A DNA stretch of 64,000 nucleotides from the IMG/VR virus record IMGVR_UViG_3300033153_007754, positions 64,001 through 128,000 of that record; one strand, written 5' to 3'. Made by a program: the position numbers and the translations under genes. This DNA comes from a virus. Below the pieces are notes generated by a model. The model was not told where the DNA came from and made no database searches. It worked only from the letters and a program-made list of their open reading frames with translations. Shown here piece by piece: positions 29,664-40,459 of this stretch; position 1 is the stretch's first letter; each line of letters starts with the position of its first letter.

Positions 29664-31187
29664 ATGAAGCTAGAAAATATAGAAGAAGAACTAACGTATT
29701 ATAATGGTTTAAATAACTTAAGAGGTATTAAAACTAAAGTAAAGCCACTCACAAAATTACAAAAAGTTAAAACAGCTTTATGTAAACAAAATGTCGAATA
29801 TTTCGCAGAAGAATATTATTACATTGTATCACAGGACAACGGAAGACATAAAATAAAACTAAGAGATTACCAAAAAACTATGATTAAGATGCTGTTGAAT
29901 GAAGACAGAGTTGTTATGAATACGTCAAGACAAATTGGAAAAACTGTTGTGACTGCTATTCCCATACTACATTATGCATTATTTAATGAAGCTAAATTAA
30001 TTGGGATAGCAGGGGATAACTTAGCTACTGCAAAAGAAATTTTAGATAGAATAAAAAGCGCATATATGGAATTACCAATTTGGCTTCAAAAACCTGTCGT
30101 AAAATGGAATGAAAAAGAGGTTAGATTTGCTGATGGCACACGAATATTAGCGCAAGCAACAACGGGTTCAACATTTCGTGGTTTATCTATGAATTGGGTA
30201 TTTGTTGATGAAACAGCTTTTGTCGATGATTTGCTATGGGCTGCCTTTACTGATGCTTTTTTGGCCACTGTTGCTGATAGTGTTACTGCAAAAATAACAT
30301 ACACTTCAACACCAAATGGATACAACCATTTCCATCGAATATGGACTGATGCGGTAAATGGTGTATCCAATTTTAAACCATTTCAGGTGGTTTGGACTGA
30401 TGTAAAAACAAGGAATGAAGCATGGAAAATTAAAACCATGAAAGATATTGATGCAATAGATAAAGAAAGTGCTTTCAGGCAAAACTATTGCGGTGAATTT
30501 ATAACCACTGGAACTACTTTTATTAAACAGGGTATAATAGAAAAGCTATCTTACCTTACAGCTTTAAACGCAGATGATGGCAAAGATTATCTAAACATAT
30601 ATGAAAACCCTCTTAAAAATCATATATATTCAATTGGTGTTGATTTAGGTAAAGGTGTTGGTAAGGATTTTACAACAATACAAATTGTTGATATAACAGA
30701 TGTGGATAATATCAAGTTAGTTCTATCATTCAGGCATAATAATATCGGTAGTATAGAAATAGCACCAATAATTGAATTCTTTTCTGTTTATTATAACAAT
30801 GCATATACATTAGTAGAAAATAACAAATTTGATGTTGCTGATGATTTATTCTATAATTATGGATTTGATAATCTAGTGCATAACAAAGATAATGGTGTTG
30901 CAGGTATATATACAGATAAAAAAACAAAACCTATTATGCTTAATAATCTTAAATATTTAATAACAAATAATAAATTACATATTCCCGATTACCACACTAT
31001 AAACGAATTAGCTCATTTTGTTGTTAAAAATAATGGTTCAATAGAAGCTGATTCAGGTCACCATGATGATACTATTATGGGTTTAGCATTAGCACTATAT
31101 GTTTTAAAATTAGGAGTTGTGGATAATGACCAGGAATCTATAACGAGAGAAGTTAAACAAAAAGCAATTGTATCATTTTTATTATGA
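29664..31187 (+). CDS. terL: Terminase large subunit, gp17-like
   Basis: LRDYQ, SRQIGKT, FVDETAF, STPNG, GVDLGKG, HDDTIM. Confidence 0.96.
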   Translation: MKLENIEEELTYYNGLNNLRGIKTKVKPLTKLQKVKTALCKQNVEYFAEEYYYIVSQDNGRHKIKLRDYQKTMIKMLLNEDRVVMNTSRQIGKTVVTAIPILHYALFNEAKLIGIAGDNLATAKEILDRIKSAYMELPIWLQKPVVKWNEKEVRFADGTRILAQATTGSTFRGLSMNWVFVDETAFVDDLLWAAFTDAFLATVADSVTAKITYTSTPNGYNHFHRIWTDAVNGVSNFKPFQVVWTDVKTRNEAWKIKTMKDIDAIDKESAFRQNYCGEFITTGTTFIKQGIIEKLSYLTALNADDGKDYLNIYENPLKNHIYSIGVDLGKGVGKDFTTIQIVDITDVDNIKLVLSFRHNNIGSIEIAPIIEFFSVYYNNAYTLVENNKFDVADDLFYNYGFDNLVHNKDNGVAGIYTDKKTKPIMLNNLKYLITNNKLHIPDYHTINELAHFVVKNNGSIEADSGHHDDTIMGLALALYVLKLGVVDNDQESITREVKQKAIVSFLL

Positions 31188-31193
31188 AAATAA

Positions 31194-31529
31194 TTACTTT
31201 TCTAATTCCCACCAGGTAAATGTATCAATAAGTCTTGTATATTCTTGTTTCACATTTGTTAGTTTTTTATTTTCTATAGAGAATATATATTTTTCAATTT
31301 CACCATTCTGATTCTTTAGTTCCACCAAAAAAGGATTTCCATATCTATTAATATAAACATTTATCACATTTTTTGGCGAAATTCTAAAATGTTTACTAAT
31401 GTACTTCATTAGCTTTTTTTTAGGGATGTCTTTCGGTTTCTGTTGTGACATTGAAATCTCATTCAATGTGGATACCAAATCACCTTCAAGTTCTTCCATT
31501 AAAAAATTATTACAATTTGTATATAACAT
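31194..31529 (-). CDS. Hypothetical protein
   Basis: AGGAG RBS; CATAAATA upstream. Confidence 0.55.
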   Translation of the reverse strand: MLYTNCNNFLMEELEGDLVSTLNEISMSQQKPKDIPKKKLMKYISKHFRISPKNVINVYINRYGNPFLVELKNQNGEIEKYIFSIENKKLTNVKQEYTRLIDTFTWWELEK

Positions 31530-31575
31530 TTTTCACTCCTATCTAACATAAGTCATTAATATATTTATGTTTTGT

Positions 31576-31657
31576 GTTTTTTCCATTGGTGGTTTTACCA
31601 TAGATGGGTTTTCCACCTATGGTTTTTCTATTGGTGGTTTTACCGTTTATGGTAAAA
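31576..31657. repeat. Five tandem 15-bp iteron-like repeats
   Basis: gttttttccattggt / ggttttaccatagat / gggttttccacctat / ggtttttctattggt / ggttttaccgtttat. Confidence 0.85.
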
Positions 31658-31732
31658 ATAAATAAAACACTTGACATTCACTCAAAAATTGTGTACAATC
31701 TTTTTGTTGGTGTGTGTTTTTAGGAGAGAGAT

Positions 31733-32515
31733 ATGTCATTAATTAACAATAATATAACAGATAATTCATATTTGATTGACGCTGAATTAAGTCTTAAAGC
31801 AAAAGGATTATTAGGGATTTTAATTAATTTCTCTGGTGAAAACCTTAATATGGAAGACATCAAGGGTTACACCGATAGTGGGGTAACCCAAATAAAAAAC
31901 ACACTGAAAGAATTAAAAAAAGTAGGATATTTATTATCCAATAAAATAAGAAATAAAAAAGGTCGTGTAGATTTTATTTTTAAATTAGAAAATAAAACAC
32001 CTAAAAGTGTTCTGAATGATGATATTAAAAAAATTGAACAAACATCAGTTCCAACCAAAAAAGTGTTACCAGCAGTTAAAAAACATGGTTTATCCGCAAA
32101 GAAAATCATTTCGTTCTATAATAAACAAGTAAAAAAAGGTGGTAACCAACAACAAGCCGTCGTTAATCTTTTACCATTTTTAGAAAAAGGTTTAAAAGAA
32201 GATACAATTAAAAGTGCAATACTTGCATATAAAAACACTTTAAATGATTTAAGATATGCAAGTAAAGTTGAAAACTTTTTCATCAATGACATTGAAAAAC
32301 ATATTGATGAAACAGACAATAGGTATGAATCTTTAACTGAAATAAAAGAGAAAGTAAATTCTTTGACACCTAAACAGGAAAGTGAAATATTGAAGCTGGT
32401 TTTTGATGAAAACCCTAGTTATGATTATGAAGGGTTTAATCTGAAAACATTGTTGGAAGTATCACCAACAACTTACAATCATTATATTAAAAAATATAAT
32501 AGAAATGTTGCTTAG
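31733..32515 (+). CDS. Replication-initiator-like wHTH protein
   Basis: LSLKAKGLL...LKELKKVGYL N-terminus typical of phage replisome organisers; own TTGACA-17-TACAAT promoter. Confidence 0.7.
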   Translation: MSLINNNITDNSYLIDAELSLKAKGLLGILINFSGENLNMEDIKGYTDSGVTQIKNTLKELKKVGYLLSNKIRNKKGRVDFIFKLENKTPKSVLNDDIKKIEQTSVPTKKVLPAVKKHGLSAKKIISFYNKQVKKGGNQQQAVVNLLPFLEKGLKEDTIKSAILAYKNTLNDLRYASKVENFFINDIEKHIDETDNRYESLTEIKEKVNSLTPKQESEILKLVFDENPSYDYEGFNLKTLLEVSPTTYNHYIKKYNRNVA

Positions 32516-32889
32516 TCTTTATAGAAATTAAAGGCATAGCCACCTATAAAACCAACAAATAATAAACCTAAAGAAAATAAAGCTTTTTCCATAAAACTAT
32601 GTTTTTCTATATATACAATCTTTTCAATAGTTTCTGTTTCAATTATTGTTTCATCATCACAAAAATAAGTTTTATTTGCCAATAGTTTCCACTTATTTAT
32701 TTGTCTTAATCCTTCAATATCAACCAACACAAACATTTCACTTTGTGGTAGTTCATTTAGATTAATTTCTAACCTACCATCATTCTGTAAAAAATGTACT
32801 TCTTCATTCTTCACAAAAACAGTGTATTTAAATAAATCATTTCCTAATATGGAAATAGAAATTAACATCATTAATAAAATCTTTTTCAT
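32512..32889 (-). CDS. Signal peptide + C-terminal TM protein
   Basis: Hydrophobic N- and C-termini. Confidence 0.55.
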   Translation of the reverse strand: MKKILLMMLISISILGNDLFKYTVFVKNEEVHFLQNDGRLEINLNELPQSEMFVLVDIEGLRQINKWKLLANKTYFCDDETIIETETIEKIVYIEKHSFMEKALFSLGLLFVGFIGGYAFNFYKD

Positions 32890-32898
32890 ATCAACCTC

Positions 32899-34512
32899 CT
32901 ATAAAAGTTTCTTTTTTTTCTTTTTTTTCTTTTTACTTTCATCAATTTTTTCAACATAAATAACAAAACCTTCGGCTTGTTCTTTTCTTAATTCATCATG
33001 TAATTTTTTAATTTCATCATCACTATATCCCATTATATCCCTATATACACCAGCAACAGAAAACAATGGTACTATGTCAGGTCTGCTTTCTGTTGGAAGG
33101 CCTATGTAATCTTTAATATCATTTATTAAAGATATTTTCTCTCTAATATCAGCAAATTTAAAAATTTTCGCATAATCAACAGAATCATGGAATTCTAAAT
33201 ATAAAGAATTCTTAAAAGATACCATGAAATCATCTGAAATATCTGTGTTTTTCTCTTCTTTAATTTTATCATTAATATAATCAAATAACATAGTAATATA
33301 TATTGGAGAAAAAGCCTTTCTATTAGCTAAAACAAAAAACCTAAACCGTCTCATATCTTCACTTATTTCATTTACGTTATCAGCTTTTGGGTGTTGGCCC
33401 CTACCATCTTCAAAATCAATTCTTTTATTTGGAATAAATAAACTCCTATAGGCTTCACGCATAGCAATTTTGTAATCATCTATATTATTTAAATTCATAT
33501 TTCCACCAATAGTGGATACTTCAGTCGCTTTATTTTTATTTCTACTAAACCAGAAATTATCTATCATGGCATGTTTAGCATTTACCGCAGAATATTGTCC
33601 AGTTTCTTGATTGAAAATTGTTTTAAGGTTATATTCATTCTTAATCTTATTTACATGTGCTTTTGCTTTTTTATCTGCCATCATACCTGTGTCTATATAG
33701 AATACAAGGCGTTCAGGTGCTCGTACTATTCGATAAATCAATAATGTGTCTTTTAGTATGTTCAATTGGTTTATCGGTCTAAGCGCTTGATGTAGATACG
33801 AAACCGTTTCGCCATTTATTTTTTTTCCGGATTCTAAATGTATCATGTCTTTTGTCGCTATACCCCTCACATCTTTTCCGTTTTGTTGTGCATAATTTAT
33901 CTTATTATTATTATTTTCTTCTTTATTTTTATATTCATATTGTTTCTTTTCTTTATTATAAAAAACTTTTGTTGGTTCTAGTATATTATAAGAAGATATT
34001 ACACCCTTTGTTCTTTTCTTTTCGATATATAATCTGCCATCCACATAAAATTGTTCAAATAGAATACTTGCGTTATCAGTAAACACCTTTCTATCAACAT
34101 AGAATTTTTCTATATATTCAATTACTTTATTTTTGGCTTTAGTGTTTTTATCTAATAGTGTATTAGATTTTAACATAAATTTAAATGGTGCTGTGTCTTC
34201 AACATTTACAATCACATTATTTTTAATTTCTTCTATTGCTATTTGTACTTCTGTAAATAGAGAGGCACTACGATATTTTCTTATTAATTCATCTAATGTA
34301 GACCACACTTGATAATTCATATTTATATCATCTTTATGTCTACCATACACAAAATTGTTTTGGAGAGCGTTCTCGTTTTTCAATTCCGCTTCCCTGTTGA
34401 CAACTACATTGTTTTTATTCTTCAATTTTGCTTCTGTTAATTTTTTAGATTCATTCAAAACATCTAAATATTTAGCATCAACATCACTTTCCAATATGAT
34501 TTTATTACTCAT
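32899..34512 (-). CDS. Portal protein, gp20-like
   Basis: FYVDGRLY, SYLHQA, YRIVRAPERLVFYIDTG, TEVSTIGG. Confidence 0.95.
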   Translation of the reverse strand: MSNKIILESDVDAKYLDVLNESKKLTEAKLKNKNNVVVNREAELKNENALQNNFVYGRHKDDINMNYQVWSTLDELIRKYRSASLFTEVQIAIEEIKNNVIVNVEDTAPFKFMLKSNTLLDKNTKAKNKVIEYIEKFYVDRKVFTDNASILFEQFYVDGRLYIEKKRTKGVISSYNILEPTKVFYNKEKKQYEYKNKEENNNNKINYAQQNGKDVRGIATKDMIHLESGKKINGETVSYLHQALRPINQLNILKDTLLIYRIVRAPERLVFYIDTGMMADKKAKAHVNKIKNEYNLKTIFNQETGQYSAVNAKHAMIDNFWFSRNKNKATEVSTIGGNMNLNNIDDYKIAMREAYRSLFIPNKRIDFEDGRGQHPKADNVNEISEDMRRFRFFVLANRKAFSPIYITMLFDYINDKIKEEKNTDISDDFMVSFKNSLYLEFHDSVDYAKIFKFADIREKISLINDIKDYIGLPTESRPDIVPLFSVAGVYRDIMGYSDDEIKKLHDELRKEQAEGFVIYVEKIDESKKKKKKKKKLL

Positions 34513-34593
34513 TTAAACCTCTTAGTGTTATATTTGTAATTTATTTATAGTATTTTTGGATTGTTTAGTAAACTTTTTTTTTAGATGTATTTT

Positions 34594-34902
34594 TTACTTG
34601 CCTTCTTTTTTCATCTCAACTAGTTTTTCTTGAATTTCTTTGAGTTCATCTTCAGATAAATTACCACCTTCAACTTCTTCCTTGATTTTTTTTAATTCTC
34701 CTTCAATTTCATCAGCACTAGTTTTTTTAGAATTTTCTTTAATTGTTTGAATTTCTTTTTTAATTTCAAGCAATTGTTCTTTAGTATAATTACCATTTGC
34801 AATCATTTCGTGGATTTTTTTAATCTGTTCTTCTGGTTTTTGTTCATTTAACTTGCTTTCAACCAACTCTACCAATTCTTTCAACCCTTTAATTTCATTC
34901 AT
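34594..34902 (-). CDS. Acidic coiled-coil protein, possible prohead core
   Basis: E/K-rich; adjacent to the portal gene. Confidence 0.4.
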   Translation of the reverse strand: MNEIKGLKELVELVESKLNEQKPEEQIKKIHEMIANGNYTKEQLLEIKKEIQTIKENSKKTSADEIEGELKKIKEEVEGGNLSEDELKEIQEKLVEMKKEGK

Positions 34903-34950
34903 TTTAACTCCTTATTTTTAAAAATAAAAAAACTTAATATAACTTATTTA

Positions 34951-35685
34951 TTAACCAACATATAAATCACTTCCGGCCGAATATTCAGACTTAAATTTTT
35001 CTTCTAAAGCTTCAACATCACTTTTCCCTTCAGTGTAAATAAAATTAGCATTAACGTTCGCACCACCTGAAAGCTGTCTATCACCAAATTTAGATAAATT
35101 AAAACCCCAATAAGATTTACTCCATGCGACAGCATAAGCACGAATCCAAATGTTATTATAATAAACAGGGGAATCAATATCATATCTTGCTTCAACTTCC
35201 AAGAATATTTCATCACCAATTTTAGGTGTTGGTACTATATTTAATTCTCTACTTTCAGAACTAAATTCAAATTTCACACCACCTGAAAAATGATTTTCAA
35301 CCATAGTTGCATATTCAGCATATAATTCATAAGATATTATATCATAATTGTTATAACTAGAACCTGAACGCCAAGCCAGTGAATAGTCATCAAATAAGAC
35401 ACCTTCACCAAAACGAGCTGATAATGTGCCACTTTTACTTTTTAAAACTTCATTAATAGCCATTGTACCGGCTGGCAAAACAATGGAAGTAGGGTCATCA
35501 ATCGTAATCTTTATTACTTTGCGTCTTGTGGATTCCATAGATGTTTTACTAATATAATATCTCAATGCTTTGTCAATTGCGTGTTTTACTTGTATCTTAG
35601 CAACTTCCTGATGTATAATTGGGTGTCCTAGTTCTACTAATATGTAATTAACAAATTCGTCATATGTTTGTATATTTATTATCAT
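34951..35685 (-). CDS. Neck protein, gp13-like
   Basis: LGHPII..EV...I..AL; WIRAYA...WG.NLSKF...L.GG..VN. Confidence 0.9.
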   Translation of the reverse strand: MIINIQTYDEFVNYILVELGHPIIHQEVAKIQVKHAIDKALRYYISKTSMESTRRKVIKITIDDPTSIVLPAGTMAINEVLKSKSGTLSARFGEGVLFDDYSLAWRSGSSYNNYDIISYELYAEYATMVENHFSGGVKFEFSSESRELNIVPTPKIGDEIFLEVEARYDIDSPVYYNNIWIRAYAVAWSKSYWGFNLSKFGDRQLSGGANVNANFIYTEGKSDVEALEEKFKSEYSAGSDLYVG

Positions 35686-36350
35686 ACCTTACCTTCTTTT
35701 TCAATTTCAATCATTTCATAAATTGATGAATTAACCAATTTTTTTAATTTAATTGCAAAATATTCTCTTCTAACATGTATTGATTTACTAGACATTATTA
35801 AAACTTCGATTTCTTGTAAAAAACGCTCAATTGCGGGAGCATGTATTAAACTAAAACGTTCAATTAGTGGCTTTGTTATCCCTGCTTCTTCCCATATTTG
35901 AGTATAATGGGTTACAGTTTTTTCAGCATATGATTTAATATTATTCATTTCAGTTTCATTGTCATAAAAATTTGAATTTAAGAATCTTAATGTTATAACA
36001 CCTTTTAGAAATATATCTTTTACTGCTAATATTTTAATATTTAATAATTTCTTTTTTTCAATGTCTACATTATTATTCCCATTTATCATATCCTGTAATT
36101 GATGTAGATATGTAGATATTTCATGAAATAACCCCCTCCCACTAATTAATACATATTCGTAAACTACATCTATAGCAATATAATGTACAAATGTAAGAAT
36201 GAAAAAAGCATAAAAAGGGTTATTTAAACTTAATATTAAGTTAATTGCTATAAAAGCTAAAATACCCGACAACAAGAATTTTACTATAAATGGTCGTCTC
36301 ATTCTTTTTAACATATTAATTATTTTAATTTTCATTTCCATCTTCTCCAT
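35682..36350 (-). CDS. Membrane protein (2 TM), possible lysis protein
   Basis: Two N-terminal hydrophobic segments; late operon. Confidence 0.4.
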   Translation of the reverse strand: MEKMEMKIKIINMLKRMRRPFIVKFLLSGILAFIAINLILSLNNPFYAFFILTFVHYIAIDVVYEYVLISGRGLFHEISTYLHQLQDMINGNNNVDIEKKKLLNIKILAVKDIFLKGVITLRFLNSNFYDNETEMNNIKSYAEKTVTHYTQIWEEAGITKPLIERFSLIHAPAIERFLQEIEVLIMSSKSIHVRREYFAIKLKKLVNSSIYEMIEIEKEGKV

Positions 36351-36750
36351 TTAGATATTTAACAATTTCTTCAATGTCATTTTTGTTTTTATCTGATTTT
36401 AAAATTAATAATAGTTTCACCAAAAAAGAACTTTTTTTATTTTTTAAAAAATTAACAATATCATTAAAAATAAATATAATGAATAATTGTACAAAAATAA
36501 CACCTAAAAAATAAGAATGAATATGTGCAATTACAATAACCGTTTTGTATATAATTATATGATAAACCATTACAATTACACAATTGTTAATAAAAAACTT
36601 GAATGTACTTTTTAATTCTTTTTTGATTATAACTTCATTTGTTTCACGGTTAATTAAATATTTATATGCTACAAGAAATACACCCCTGAAAACAAGAAAC
36701 AATAGTATGTATATATATATTAATGTGTAGCTTTCCAAAATAACCTTCAA
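36325..36750 (-). CDS. Multi-pass membrane protein, possible holin
   Basis: About 3 TM segments and a charged C-terminus. Confidence 0.4.
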   Translation of the reverse strand: MKVILESYTLIYIYILLFLVFRGVFLVAYKYLINRETNEVIIKKELKSTFKFFINNCVIVMVYHIIIYKTVIVIAHIHSYFLGVIFVQLFIIFIFNDIVNFLKNKKSSFLVKLLLILKSDKNKNDIEEIVKYLNGEDGNEN

Positions 36751-36764
36751 ACATATAAAACTAT

Positions 36765-37604
36765 TTACATGTAAACATAAATCCCAGTTATTAGATTACC
36801 CTCTCCACTTATCATAAATCCTATTTTAAGGTAATATTCGTAACTGTAAGTATCTTTGTTTTTAGTGTATAAGTTATATAGCTTTAAATTATGTTCATCT
36901 ATACTAGAAACACTATCAGGTATATCAAATAATTTATTATAAGCAATATCAACACTTTCTAGTGATTTATTAAGAATGGATTTTAAATTATCTTCAGCAA
37001 CATCCAACATAAATGTATCAAGTTTATCACCTTTTAGTGTATATAATAAATTATAGTATTTATCTATTACTGGTCTTAAACACTTATAATTTTTTATTTC
37101 AGATAATTTTAAATCACAACTTATTTCTTTATAATTGGATACACTCATTTCACCTAAAAAAATATTATATTTAACATTAAATATTTCATCAGGGTAATTT
37201 CCCTTTATGTAATTAAACACATTTTCATTAAGTGTATAAAGATGTATTTTTTCACCTAATTTTCTTGCAACAGCTAGTTTAGTATAAAAATCATTATTAG
37301 CAAATCTTTCAGTAAAATATAAACTACTATTTTTATAAATTGTTTCCATTAATATATCACTTAATTTATCTTGTTTTAAACCATCTTCATAATCAGTTAT
37401 TTTTCTTTTATTTTTTATTTTATATTTTTTATTCTCAATGTGAAAATAATCACCAATAATTTCTATCATTTGATTATCTGTTTTTCTATATTGCTTTTTT
37501 AACCTTGAATACGCTGATTTTGTGAATTCGTAGTAAAAATCATTATATACAATCACATTTTCAATAGGTGTTTTAAACTTAATTTTATACATATCACCTC
37601 TCAT
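36765..37604 (-). CDS. Hypothetical protein
   Basis: ORF. Confidence 0.55.
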   Translation of the reverse strand: MRGDMYKIKFKTPIENVIVYNDFYYEFTKSAYSRLKKQYRKTDNQMIEIIGDYFHIENKKYKIKNKRKITDYEDGLKQDKLSDILMETIYKNSSLYFTERFANNDFYTKLAVARKLGEKIHLYTLNENVFNYIKGNYPDEIFNVKYNIFLGEMSVSNYKEISCDLKLSEIKNYKCLRPVIDKYYNLLYTLKGDKLDTFMLDVAEDNLKSILNKSLESVDIAYNKLFDIPDSVSSIDEHNLKLYNLYTKNKDTYSYEYYLKIGFMISGEGNLITGIYVYM

Positions 37605-38137
37605 TCTCTGGATAAAAAATAGGCATCAACGATATCTGAAATTCCATCTTTGCCATATTTAATATTATACTTATCTGCTAATGTTTTTATATATCCTTTA
37701 ACCAGTTTTTCAGGGATAGATTTAAACATATCCAACTTATCTGCATTACCATTTCCGGTGGCGTTTTTCTTTAATACTTTAATCCCAACAAGATTTATTT
37801 CTATACTGCTTTTACTAATCAAATATTTAATTGTACCAATTAATTCACCTATCTGATATAAACGCATAGATGCACGTGAAAAAGCATAGTTTTCTACGGA
37901 TATTCTTATTGGATTGTGTGATATTATAAAGTGTGATATAGTATCTATTCGTTCATTAGGTGTTATTTCACAATCAACAAATTCAACATTAAAATTACCA
38001 TCATCAGAATTATATTTTTTTAATTTTATCAACTTTTTTCTGGATGTTAATAATAATACATTTATAATACCATTATCAGTATTTTTTATATAAATACAAG
38101 ATTTTTTTAGTGCAAGGTCACAACCAACTTGAATCAT
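37601..38137 (-). CDS. RuvC-like Holliday junction resolvase
   Basis: GCDLA, VENY, KKNATGNGNADK, DIVDAY. Confidence 0.85.
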   Translation of the reverse strand: MIQVGCDLALKKSCIYIKNTDNGIINVLLLTSRKKLIKLKKYNSDDGNFNVEFVDCEITPNERIDTISHFIISHNPIRISVENYAFSRASMRLYQIGELIGTIKYLISKSSIEINLVGIKVLKKNATGNGNADKLDMFKSIPEKLVKGYIKTLADKYNIKYGKDGISDIVDAYFLSRE

Positions 38138-38529
38138 TATTGCAACTCTAAAAAATTAGAAATATGGTTTTCATTTATACTTGGTACATTCCAGATAACA
38201 TTATAAATTAAAGTGAATTCACCTAGTGTTTGTGTAGAACCCAATATATTTATTTCAATTCGATTGATTTTATACACTCCATTTGGTAAATTGATAGATA
38301 AATCAATCTGATTTAAACCCTCGCTTCGTTTTGTCGGTATACCTGTTGTTATACCCCCCTTGTATGTTAAAACGCTTGCATCGTTCAATTTTGTGACTTC
38401 AATTTCTAAATAAAAATCATTATTATCAACATCAAATTCAGATAACAGTGCAGACTTATCAGGGAACATGAAATTCATATTGTTTCGGTATACATTAATT
38501 TGTGGTGAGTTTGCTAAATTTAAAGCCAT
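38137..38529 (-). CDS. Hypothetical late protein
   Basis: AATAAATA upstream. Confidence 0.5.
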   Translation of the reverse strand: MALNLANSPQINVYRNNMNFMFPDKSALLSEFDVDNNDFYLEIEVTKLNDASVLTYKGGITTGIPTKRSEGLNQIDLSINLPNGVYKINRIEINILGSTQTLGEFTLIYNVIWNVPSINENHISNFLELQ

Positions 38530-38609
38530 AAATAACCCCTTAAAACATATAAATATTGTTACATATTTATTTTAAATAATAAAGTTATTTATTTTTTTAT
38601 GGTTTTCTC

Positions 38610-38849
38610 CTATAGGTTTGAAATTTTTGTGTCTATTTCTTTTAAAATATCTTCTGAATAACCTGAAAATGAAAAATAACAGTGTTGGAAATTACTAACA
38701 GTTGCATTAAAATCAGTGTCACCAATTATAATATTCCAAATTTTATTATTTTTCCAATTTTCTACATTCCCGAATATACCAACAAATATTTCATTATTTT
38801 TATTTTGGTTTTTCCTTTTTAATTTTTTCAATGCTTTTAATAAATCCAT
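38610..38849 (-). CDS. Hypothetical protein
   Basis: GAGG RBS. Confidence 0.5.
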   Translation of the reverse strand: MDLLKALKKLKRKNQNKNNEIFVGIFGNVENWKNNKIWNIIIGDTDFNATVSNFQHCYFSFSGYSEDILKEIDTKISNL

Positions 38850-38859
38850 AATACCACCT

Positions 38860-38888
38860 CAAAAAAAGAAGCCCCTTAAATGGGGCTT
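38860..38888 (-). terminator. Rho-independent terminator
   Basis: AAGCCCC/GGGGCTT stem plus U tract on the minus strand. Confidence 0.75.
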
Positions 38889-38894
38889 TAAATG

Positions 38895-40367
38895 TTAACC
38901 ATTAATTATATAAGTTGTCCATACATTGTAGTCATCAAAACCACCTTTCTTCGATGTGCAATTTAGGTTCAACCAACTTTCAGGTGAACCAGATTCTTTT
39001 AAAAACCCTTCTAAATAACTATTATTTGTAAGTATCCCAGAATATGAATGTAGCTTTACTTTTATTTCTTCACCATTTTCATATTTTTCATAGTCTAATT
39101 GTAATTTATCACTTGCCATTTTTTCTTTTTGTTTTTCAGCAATCAAACCACATTTTTTATTTAGATAAGCAAATTGTTCAATATCTCTTATACCACCTAT
39201 TTTTTTGCCATCTAAAGTGGCTTTTTCAAACTGTATTGTATCCCATTGTATTTCACAATTATTTAAGTAAGATGATATTTTTTTATACTTAAGACCATCC
39301 GCCTTAACAGATACGCTTGTTTCAACTTTACCATCTAAAACAATGTATTGTATGTTTATAAAAAAGGTATGACCTTTTCTTTTAAGTTCAAATTCTTCTT
39401 GATGACTATAATCGTCAGTAGGATTTTCAATATCTTTTAAAAGTTCAATTTCTTCAAGTTCTTTTTGTTGTTTTACTTCTTCAATTTCTTCCAATCTTTT
39501 AATTTCTTTTTCTTTTTTAGCTTCTGCATTAACACTTTTAAATTTCTTAGATTCTTCTTCTGTTGTATCCAGAAAAAGAGTTTGTGAAAAATACATTGGG
39601 TCATCTTCTCCATAAGACATATCAACATTTTCACTTGCTAGTGCAATGTCTCTTTTATTTTGTCTTTTCCCACCACTCCAATAACATCTATTCATTAATT
39701 CTTCTGTTATTTCCATTCCATATTGACCTAGATATTCACCATGTTTTTTAATAAAATTATTCAATCTTTTTTCATTTTGTTTTTCAATTTTTTCATTTTC
39801 TACAATTTCATTTCTTTCTGCTTTTAATTCAGAAAGTTTTTTAATTTGTTCTTTTGTACCATTTTTTGAAACGAAATCAGCCTTTTGAGTTCTCCAAAAT
39901 TTATTAATATCAGTTTCAATAGCAGATAAATATTTATCTGCTATTTCTTCTTTTTTTGATGCAACAACATTTTTTAACTCTTCTAACATTTCAACATTTT
40001 CACCAGCAAATTCTTTACATTTCTTAATGCCATTACTATATAAGTAATCTGCATTTAAAACGTAATTTAAGGATTTATCAAAAGCTTTTCTATTTTTTTC
40101 ATCAATTTTTTCTTGTTTTTTAACTTCTTCTTCTTTTTTTGCATTTTCTAAATCACATTCTTCAATATGATAGGCAATTCTAACCTTGCCGTATCTACTT
40201 GAAGATACTTCAGTTTCACAATTTAAAGTATGAGTTTCCCCAACTTTAAAACTTTTCATGGTTTCTTTTTTTTCAAGTTTCCATTTAAGAGAATAACCCT
40301 TAAATTCTGTAGTGCAATGTATCCATTTTCTTCCCATCTTTTCTATCTTTAGTGTTAATTCAATCAT
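38895..40367 (-). CDS. Early hypothetical protein (490 aa)
   Basis: Behind cassette 4. Confidence 0.7.
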   Translation of the reverse strand: MIELTLKIEKMGRKWIHCTTEFKGYSLKWKLEKKETMKSFKVGETHTLNCETEVSSSRYGKVRIAYHIEECDLENAKKEEEVKKQEKIDEKNRKAFDKSLNYVLNADYLYSNGIKKCKEFAGENVEMLEELKNVVASKKEEIADKYLSAIETDINKFWRTQKADFVSKNGTKEQIKKLSELKAERNEIVENEKIEKQNEKRLNNFIKKHGEYLGQYGMEITEELMNRCYWSGGKRQNKRDIALASENVDMSYGEDDPMYFSQTLFLDTTEEESKKFKSVNAEAKKEKEIKRLEEIEEVKQQKELEEIELLKDIENPTDDYSHQEEFELKRKGHTFFINIQYIVLDGKVETSVSVKADGLKYKKISSYLNNCEIQWDTIQFEKATLDGKKIGGIRDIEQFAYLNKKCGLIAEKQKEKMASDKLQLDYEKYENGEEIKVKLHSYSGILTNNSYLEGFLKESGSPESWLNLNCTSKKGGFDDYNVWTTYIING

Positions 40368-40437
40368 GTGATTCTCCTACAAATCATGGCTTAATTACCA
40401 TCTATTTACAGTATATTGATTTTTCGGGATTTGTCAA
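40368..40437 (-). promoter_or_regulatory. Early promoter + stem-loop cassette, copy 4
   Basis: TTGACA...TATACT, ATGGT-AATTAA-GCCAT, AGGAGA. Confidence 0.85.
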
Positions 40438-40459
40438 GGGTTTTGTTACTTTTTTTGTA

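Noticed and set aside
31576-31657. CRISPR array
   Set aside because: Contiguous degenerate 15-mers with no spacers.
32512-32889. Unimolecular spanin
   Set aside because: No lipobox cysteine after the signal peptide.
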